Source of the DNA: Lama glama
Taxonomy: Eukaryota
DNA length: 64,000 bases
NCBI GenBank assembly: GCA_028534125.1
Contig: CM052816.1
Location: forward strand, 64,296,001-64,360,000
Reading direction: 5' to 3'
Part shown: in pieces, positions 55,466-64,000 of the stretch
How the letters are laid out: each line of letters begins with the position of its first letter
Numbering within the stretch: position 1 is the stretch's first letter
Notes under the pieces: model-generated
Told to the model about the DNA's origin: nothing
The model's database searches: none
The model's input: the letters and a program-made list of their open reading frames with translations, nothing else
Position numbers and translations under genes: made by a program

Positions 55466-58400
55466 AATCACTGTGCTTAGATCTAAATGCTCTCTTTTAA
55501 TATTTAGATTATAAATACAGAAGATGAAGGCTTGGGTTTGTAAGAATCTCATATCTGACTTCTTTTTCTTTTCAAATCTAGTCTTTTGTACCTTTTATTT
55601 TAGCAGACAAAAGAAGCCAGGAAATGGTTATTATGAGAGGAAGGGAGGGAGAGAGACCTGTGACCCTAAACACACACACAAACTCCTACTGTAAAATATT
55701 GAATATCAAGAGCAGGCAAGCACTTCAGACTTGAAGAATCAAGAAATTAATGAAAGCACCAAGACTGCGTCCTCAGAACCACTGGAGAATGATAATTACA
55801 GACAGTATTTCTGTAGCAGACACATAACCTTGATTCCCAAGATACCCCCTAAAGCACTCTAATAGTATGCTATTTGTGGAAGGTTTTTCCACCTTTAATA
55901 ACAGAGAAATAATGTTAGAAGGAAAGAAATCCCTTGTTTAGCCACTAGGGTGTCATTATTGAGCCCCAGCTGAAGGCCCCTTTAAAAGCGTCCATATGGT
56001 AAAAGAACTATGTTTCCCCACGAAATCAAAACTGAGTACATCTGAGACTTCTGAACATCTTTTTTTCTTGAATCTTAAAATGGATTTGTGCGTATTTGTG
56101 AAAAAAAATTTTATGATGTGCTATCTTCCAAAGTGAATGGTTATTTATAATTCATAAAAGACCTGAGCACAGGAAAATTCTTCCCTTTTACTAGCCCTGT
56201 AAAGTTAGACCAGCTGATCTTTTAGTACATATTACAGACATCAAATTCTCCGTATGGTTGAAGTTTCTCTCCTCAAACTAAATGCAAAGAGGCAGTGCTA
56301 CTGAAGCTGTTGTTCAAAAGCTGGTGGGGTCCACATCTCTTTTGATTAAATGTTAAATAAACAAAAAATCACTCTCAGAACCAGTCTCTAAAGACACAGG
56401 AGGGAAAATACTTGGAATGCTAAACATGCTTTTCAAATCTTGCACAGCCTTTGTAAATTACAACGGCATCTTTTAAAATGGATTTTCTTTTCTGCTTCCA
56501 ATATTTAACCATCATCTTTGGACACAGTTGCCACATCATTTCCTTTCAGCTGCTGCTGGCTGCTTCTGAGTCATAGTACAGGTTCATGAGCAGAAGTGAC
56601 TTGGGTCAAGGAATACAGGCACCAGGGATTTGGACCCATTACAAGGAGTCCTGGTGCCAAGGGCTCCCACCCAGTTGCACCTGCACACCCCCCATCATGA
56701 TATCACAGTAAATTATTTCCTGCAAAGAATCCAGCTTTCTTAGCTCACCCTGCCAGGGTCACGTCTGCCTCGGTTACTGGCATGCCTCAGACCCATATAA
56801 GAGAGTTACACAGAATTTTTAGAGATCTAAGTTCAATCTGAAAATAACACATGGTTTTGCTTTCTTTGAAGTTCCCTACCCTCTAATAGTCCAGAGGAGT
56901 CTTTTAAGATCTATTACAGAACTATCTGGAGATAGAAACTCTCTCTATAGCTCAACTTTTAAATACCTTGATTTAAAATATAGAATGTTAACTGCCAAAC
57001 ACAAAAAGCCAACTCATAGAACAGGGTCCCTGGGCAGAAAGGATTGCCTCACCTTGAAGGGACATGGGATGAATGATTCAAACGCTTTTTGAGCAAGTTT
57101 CTCACCACCTTGTGCTTCCTGACTCAGAAGATAAGAATGAGGAGATCTCAGCCTTTTGAGGATATGCCAGCTGCACTATGTAGCACCAGCAGTGGCAATG
57201 GAAAAGGCAATATTTATTCTGAGGGCCCTGACAACATCATCATTAAGTCATTTGTCCACTCCTAAGTGGTTTGCATTTTCTAAGATCCAGAGAGAGAGGG
57301 GCCCATGAGCTGTAATTCTAGGCATTTTTTCCCCTTTCAACATGTCTAAGCACTGTTTGGAAAAGCTAGATTGTTGACAAAACCAAATATGCACTGTGCT
57401 ATCATATTAGTTTAACACTTTCAGAATTTATTTCTCTATCACATAGATGAAATATTTCAAGTTCTCCTTCCTCATCATCCATTGCCCAAAACACTAAATC
57501 ATTACATAACAGAAATGTTAATCAATTATCTGTTGTGTCCTATCCCTCCCCCTTCCCTCTCATTCAGCCAGCCAACCATCCATGCTACAAATATTCCTTG
57601 TGTATTTACCATGTGCCAGTCCCTATGGTGGAGACATAGACATGAATAATTCATAATCTTGCCCTTCAGGAGCTTACACTCATACAGGAGATGCTCTCCT
57701 CTGTGTCTCCTATGCCTTCATTGAACACAGATAACTTTCTGCTGTTACTTCATCAGGAGCTCTGCCTCTGCCCAGACAACGCTCCTAGGTTCATGAATGT
57801 GGGCAACTCCATTTTCTCGGTGGCCAGCCACCCTGTCTGCTGAAACCTGATACACTAGTCAGTCATGAGAGAAACTAATGTTTACTTCAGGAGGAGCAAA
57901 TTTCAGGACATAGCTTGGATAAGACACAGAAGAGTGTCAAATACTCACTTTGCTATTTTAAATTTTAATCAGCCACTGCCAAGTTCAGTGTATTTAATTT
58001 TCTCTCCCCTTTCCAAGGTACTGACCCCTCCTTCAGAACTAGACCTTGGGATTACAATTCATCTGCCTCATTCACCCCAATCTACCCTTCAGTCCAATCA
58101 TCTTTCTGGTCTCCAGAGATAAGCCATGGGGTCCTTCCTTTTGGGAGGCCCTAAGTGTGTTTTTCTTATTCATCATTCACTGAGCTGTGTCCTCTGAAAT
58201 ACTGTTGTGCTTTTTTTTTGTGGTGGGAGGTTGGGGAACTGAATTGGAAAGAAATCTGGTTTGGGGAGAGGATGCCAAGAAGGCACCCAAGGTTTCCCTT
58301 TATACTTCAACCAGCCAAGCCTCCGATCAACACCAGGGTTTGTTTATGGCATTTCATAAGCAGATCAGACAAGCTCCTTTGGCAATATTCCTTGAAGAAG

Positions 58401-58879
58401 TTTCCATCCCCCAGAAAAAGGCCAGAGCTGCTTGCTGTAGCTCACCAAGGCTGGCTTCCAGGTATGCAAATACATTATAGGTGGGTCAAGATGTGGACCT
58501 TCCCAGCTCAGAGGTTGTCAGCCTGGATCAGAGGCAGCTGGGAAGCCACTTGTGAAAGATAGGGCTGGGCTGATAAGAGTTCTTCTGGAGAGGTGATCAA
58601 ACATGGCACCCCAGTTTCCCTAGGGGCCAGAAATTCTGGTCTGCCATCAGTCCCATGTTTTGGGACTTGGTGCAAAGTCCTGCCCTAGTCTTGGAGTTTT
58701 ATCATTATCCTCAAAATCCCCCAACCTGGCAGGCCAGATTCTCCCTCCCACCTCATCTCTCCTTGTCCTGCACCAAAGGTGACCACTTCTGGCTGCTCTT
58801 CTGTCCCATGTTTATGACCTTCACTTTGGGTACCACTAGCCCTGGGTTTCCTCAGCTTCTTCACCCTCTGTCCAGTTAG

Positions 58880-59545
58880 GACAGCAGTTCAATACGATAT
58901 GATGCCAGCTACTTATGTAATTATAAATTTTCTAGTAGCCACATTTTTTAAAGTTTAAAATCAACAGGAAAATTTTTTTTCACATCCAAATTTGTCATTT
59001 TTTTAAACAGCTTTACTGAGATATAGTTCACGCACCATACAATTCACCCATTTAAAGTACACAATTGTTCAACATGTGCCACAATCAATTTTAGAACATT
59101 TTCATCACCCCTTAAAGAAACTCCATACCCATCGGCACTTACTTCCCATTTCCCTCCAAAAACCCCAGCCCTAAGAAATCACTCATCCACTTTCTGTCTC
59201 TATGGATTTGGTCCTTGGTCATCTCATGTAAATGGAATTATACAACGTGTGGCCTTTTGTGTCTGGCTTCTTTCACTTAGAATAGTGTTTTCAGTTGTTC
59301 ACTCATGTTGTAGCATTCACTTTAATCCTATATGTTATTTAGTCCAATCTATCCAAAATAGCATTTCAATATGTGGTCAATCTTAGAAATCATTAATGAT
59401 GTATTTTGCATTCTTTTTTCCCCATACTAATTCTTTGAGCTTTGGTGTGTATTTTACGCACAGAGCACAACTCAATCAGACCACCCACGCTGCAAGTGCC
59501 CAATAGCCACATGCGGCTAGTGGCCACTGTATTGGAAAGCACAAC
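58880..59545. mobile_element. MER33/MER3-like hAT-Charlie element interrupted by antisense L1MB-like 3' fragment (~58995-59315)
   Basis: AAATTTTCTAGTAGCCACATT and CAATAGCCACATGCGGCTAGTGGCCACTGTATTGGA halves flank CAGCTTTACTGAGATATAGTTCAC...TGGCTTCTTTCACTTAG. Confidence 0.75.
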
Positions 59546-60818
59546 CCTAGCCAGAGTCCTTTCTGTTACTATTTAAAAACAGCTTTTTCCTCTTGCCACC
59601 ACACTCCTGCACGATCTCTCCATCCCATCAGCAGCTACACCATGGTCCACAGCTAACTTTTGGATGTTAAGGCCAGCATGCTTCTCTTCCCTAGTAGAGA
59701 GCCCCGAGGTGCTCAGACCAGAGTCCACACGTGGAAAACTGGAGCTCACTCTGCCTGTTCACATTCCATGCCCAGGTGCCACGGCTGGATGATGTGTTTT
59801 GCTAAAGTGAAACTTTCTGCTTTGAAAAACTTAGCAAAACTTAACGAAAGAAGCTCTTGTCTTACTTTTTAACAGCAGGTCTGTCATTTCTTAATTTTCT
59901 CCCCACTACATTTTCCAGCCGTTGTTTTGCTAATAATAGCTCTAAGCACGCAAATAAAGCTCACTGGTAGTGGTAGATTTGGGAAATTGCTACCAGCTTC
60001 CTCACAGCTTTATCCTGCTCCTGTCAGCCATTTCCCCAAGAAAATGGACGTTTAATCAGTGTGAGGCTGCATCTTATTAGTCTAGCTCATCAGCCATCAC
60101 CTCCTTCCAGGCTCGAGAGAGAAGATAGAAACCTACAGCACTGCCAGCAGCTGCCCAGGATGCAGGGAAGGCAAGAGCAAGCGCGACCTTTGTGAATGAA
60201 GCACATCTGTTATCTCAGAGTGGCTATGTCTGTATGGTCATATGTAAGTTACTTCTAAACATCTGTGATTCTTAAGATGGGCACCGAGAAATATTTGTGA
60301 AATTGTGTTTCCAAAGGAAAATCTTACAAAATTGGGGTTATTTAGCCCACAATATGGAAGATTGAGGGCAGCTTTAATGTGCACAAATTTAACAGAGACG
60401 TGAGAACAGCAATATCAGCATCCTCCCTGTTTTTCCTCAGAGCAAGATGGGAGAAAATCAGCTAAAGTTGCTGATTGAGGGATTGAGGTTGACTTTAGGA
60501 AGAAATTTCTGTTAATAACATCAAAGCTCTGGAGAATCTCACGGAAGGAGCTTCAGGGTTTGAGTCAACATTCATACCACCAGCATTTACTGAGCACCTT
60601 CTGGGTATTTCCTGGTTTGTGTCTGATTCAGTCAAAGAGCCAAATTGGGAAGATTTCACCCAAATGCTTCTCTGGATTCTGGTTTTCCTAACTTGAAGTA
60701 TAGCTATCTCTCTTTTTTTTAAGTCCAACTTCTCATCTTATTCTCTGCCACCTATGAAGATCCACGGAGCCCTGGATCTTGCTTTTTTTTTAAAAAAGCA
60801 TTTCAAGTCAAGGATTAT

Positions 60819-61466
60819 CCCACTCCTGGGCATATATCCAGAGGAAACTCTAATTAGAAAAGATACCTGCACTCCAGTGTTCATAGTAGCACTATTCACA
60901 ATGGCCAAGGCACAGAAGCAACCTAAATGTCCATCAACAGATGACTGGATAAAGAAGTTGTGGTATATTTATACAATGGAATACTACTCTGCCATAAAAA
61001 AGAATAAAATAATGCAACCTGCAGCAACATGGATGGGCCTGGAGATCATCATTCTCAGTGAAATAAGCCAGAAAGAGAAAGAAAAATACCACATGATATC
61101 ATGTATATGTGGAATCAGAAAAAAAAAAGAGAGAGAGAGACATACACACACACACAAATGAACTTGTTTACAAAACAGAAACAGACTCACAGGCATCGAA
61201 AACAAACTTACAGTTACTGGAGGAAAAAGGGGTAGGAAGGGATAAACTGGGAGTTCAAGATTTGCAGATACTAACTACTATATATAAAATAGATAAACAG
61301 CAAGGACCTACCATATAGCACATGAAACTTTCAATATCTTGTAGTAACCTATAATGAAAAAGAATATGAAAAGGAATATATGTATGTATATGTATGACTG
61401 AAACATTATGCTGTACACCAGATATTCGACACAACATTGTAAACTGACTATACGTCAATTAAAAAG
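60819..61466 (+). mobile_element. 5'-truncated LINE-1 (ORF2 C-terminus + 3'UTR), 3'UTR differs from the 19.9-kb copy
   Basis: ORF IPLLGIYPEETLIRKDTCTPVFIVALFTMAK...WIKKLWYIYTMEYYSAIKKN; TSD AGTCAAG(G/A)ATTAT at 60806-60818 and 61467-61479. Confidence 0.92.
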
Positions 61467-61482
61467 AGTCAAGAATTATTCT

Positions 61483-61586
61483 TGGGTGAGGGGGGATACA
61501 GCTCCATGGCAGAGCACATGCTTAGCATGCACAAGGTCCTGGGTTCAATCCCCAGTACCTCCATTAAAAAAAGATATTTAAAAAAA
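61483..61586 (+). mobile_element. tRNA-derived SINE (vic-1-like, short tail)
   Basis: Same head motif; TSD AAGAA(T/C)TATTCT at 61471-61482 and 61587-61598. Confidence 0.88.
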
Positions 61587-62411
61587 AAGAACTATTCTAA
61601 AAGAAATCCTGACCTACCACACTAGTCAAGATTTCAGCCTCTTGATCACACTCACTCATAAGGCAACAGCATGCTGAGAAAGCAGGCAGCAATGTTGGCC
61701 AGCTCAGAGGTGTGGGGACTTGCTATGAATTGGTTTATATGACCTACCTCCTTTTACTCAACTGAAACTTCCTTGTCTATGGAAAATGGCAGCCCCACTG
61801 CCATTCTAGGATTCCCTGTATTAGGCCTCACCCAACAACTGCTTAGCTGTCTGTCCAGTACAGTTAAAATACCCAGTGCCCCAGGGAATGTCATAAAATT
61901 TCACCGTATTCGGTGACGCCCTGTTCAGTGAATTGCAAAGAACCAAGTCTTCTTGTGTACAACCGGCTATGAAGCACTGACTCAGTGACCTCCATTTGGA
62001 ATCTGCTGTCCTGATGTAATTAATTTATCCTTCATGAGATGGAGGTACTTAACTTTTCTTAGGGATGCATGCCTAATTTCATATAACTCTGAAATTACTT
62101 CAGTTGTTTACATGGCAATCTTGTGTGATCCAAGCAACTCTACTGCTGTCATTTTAAGACCATCTGAAACATCTTAATAGTCTCCTTTTTTTTTTCCTTT
62201 TCCTGTTGCTCATTTCCAAGTGGAAGGAATTCTTATGAGGTAACTGGGTGGTGGGGAGGGAGACAGTTTGCTTTAGCTCCTGCTAGTTATTCCATGTTAT
62301 GCTTGAGTGGATTACTTGCATCTGGTCTCTATTTGTCAACATCAATGGGCTATGTTTGCATAACTAGATCGAATTATAAAAGGACTTCCATTTTGAATGG
62401 TAACTCTCACC

Positions 62412-62461
62412 AAAAAAAAAAAAAAGAAGAAGAAGAAGAAGAAGAAGAAGAAGAAGAAGAA
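62412..62461 (+). repeat. A14-(GAA)12 microsatellite
   Basis: Direct reading. Confidence 0.95.
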
Positions 62462-63639
62462 AGAAAACATGCCCTAAGCTAGAGATATCAGCCTTAGGAA
62501 ACCTGTACTGGAGGAAAAAAAGAATCTCTTAAAGTTCATCACAAAGCCTTTCTGGTTTCAATTTCCCCTCTTCTTTTGAAATAAGATCCAGTACCCCAGC
62601 CCTCCACCTAGAGTAAAGTAGCTGGGACTTGGCAGGAAGTGGTGTGGCAGACCACCCAGGAATTAGGGGTGTCTGATGTGGAAGGGAAAAGTTAAATGGA
62701 AGTCTGAAGATGATGTCAAGTAGATGAGAATGAGTCATCAATACTCAGGCTCCTACTTCTCTCCAGTGAAGGTCCCTGTGCTGCAGCGTCCAGTTAATCA
62801 TCCAGCTGGAAAGGGCTGGGCTCAGTCACTTTCTAGTCCATACCTCAGCCTCCAGGCCATGTACAACTAACCCTTTCGGAAGACCTCCAACGCTTTCAAG
62901 TTCTTGAGAAACGTTCCTGCTCTATATACACCTCAGGCTGTCTTCTGTCAACACACCTCTTTTCCTTTCACTCACACACATTTCCTTTTCGCCATCTGAT
63001 GTGTGTTGTCCCTTCCAACAAACTGTGAAGCTCAGGAAGCCAAACACCAGGTCTTGTTCACCTGAGTGTCCCCCACACTCCTAAGTCAATACCTGGGACG
63101 AGAGTGGGGGTCAACTCAGTCCATGTTGCTTTACTACTTACTTAGTCTATAATCACTCTGGATCAAAGTTCTCTTTTTTAAATTGCAAGATCCAGGAGAG
63201 CAAGACCTCATTGAGTGAAAAGTGCAAGTGACTTCCTGCCGGAGTCAGCTTCGCTGGTAGATGAATGAAACCACCACATCTGGGGTGTGATTGGAGAGGT
63301 TTTAGGCACACCTTTCCACCCTCACCTTCTGAAATTCCACCTTTTCAGTTAAGGTTTTGATCTTAAGGTTAAAATACAAATTCCCCTAGGAGTAGTAATA
63401 TGATAAGTTATCTGTGGTTTAGAGCAGATAAAGGAACACATTAAACCTGGGGAAGGAGAGGAGATAGCAATGATGGGAGGGGAAGTCTGGGTGTCAGTTG
63501 GCCCCATTCACACCAAAAACTTTTCAATAATGTGTGATGGTGGTGTTGATATGAAGAATTATTCTCCTTCCAAAGGCCCAGCCCCAACACCTTATGTATT
63601 GACTAGAGTATGAATAAGGATGGGTGACATTTAGAGAAT

Positions 63640-63795
63640 GTGACAGACAGTGCTCTAAACACTTAACAAATAGTTACTCATTACAGTCCACAACTCCCCA
63701 GGAGGTTGGCCCTGTTCTTATTCCAGTTTACAGATGAGGAAACTGAGGCACAGAGGGTCCCAAAGTCACACAGACAGAAGATGGCAGACCCAGGA
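63640..63795 (-). mobile_element. MIR SINE
   Basis: TTTACAGATGAGGAAACTGAGGCACAGAG core. Confidence 0.8.
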
Positions 63796-64000
63796 AAAGA
63801 GTAAGAATGATTGACACTTTTAAATATTCAATCTTGCCTTTCTCATCCCTTTCTCATGTTCCCCATCTTTGTCTGATTTTCATCCTCCTCCCACACTTAT
63901 CAATAGACTTAATGGGTCCTAAATGTGGGAAACAAGCAGGCATCTAAGAAAGCAGAAACAGTATTCTGGGTGTGGATGAGTCCTTCCACAAGGAAGTGTT

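Noticed and set aside
55930..55948. CTCF-like GCCACTAGGGTGTCA
   Set aside because: 3' half is out of register with CCASYAGRKGGCRS; too weak without data.
61901..61916. CpG-containing hairpin TCACCG-TATT-CGGTGA
   Set aside because: A 6-bp stem is expected by chance in 64 kb.
62294..62482. ORF ending in poly-Lys/poly-Glu
   Set aside because: Just the translation of the A/GAA microsatellite.

Overview
Mammalian genomic DNA, most likely a camelid (alpaca/llama/camel), judged from five copies of a tRNA-Ala-like SINE resembling the camelid vic-1 family. The only protein-coding sequence I can support is coding exon 1 of ZSWIM6 on the minus strand (39747..39084, [16 protein letters not shown]...DNVLQV/G, phase-1 GT donor). 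It sits in a ~3.3-kb CpG island (~38.0-41.3 kb). Positions 1-39083 are the proximal part of its long first intron, and ~39.8-64 kb is upstream flank. The rest is AT-rich sequence with interspersed repeats (young and old L1, L2, MIR, hAT MITEs, an ERVL/MLT2 fragment) and a 500-N assembly gap. I found no new multi-gene system. The most interesting signals are: an MLT2 LTR fragment with L1-retroposition hallmarks (poly(A), long TSD); a SINE inserted into an L1's own target-site duplication; two dense candidate enhancers (2xNFI/MEF2/E-box in intron 1, and an EBF/K50-homeodomain palindrome plus PBX-PREP/MEIS site ~10 kb upstream); an snRNA-DSE-like Sp1-Oct module in the promoter; and the coding GCC/GGC repeats. 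Repeat subfamily names and boundaries are by-eye estimates.
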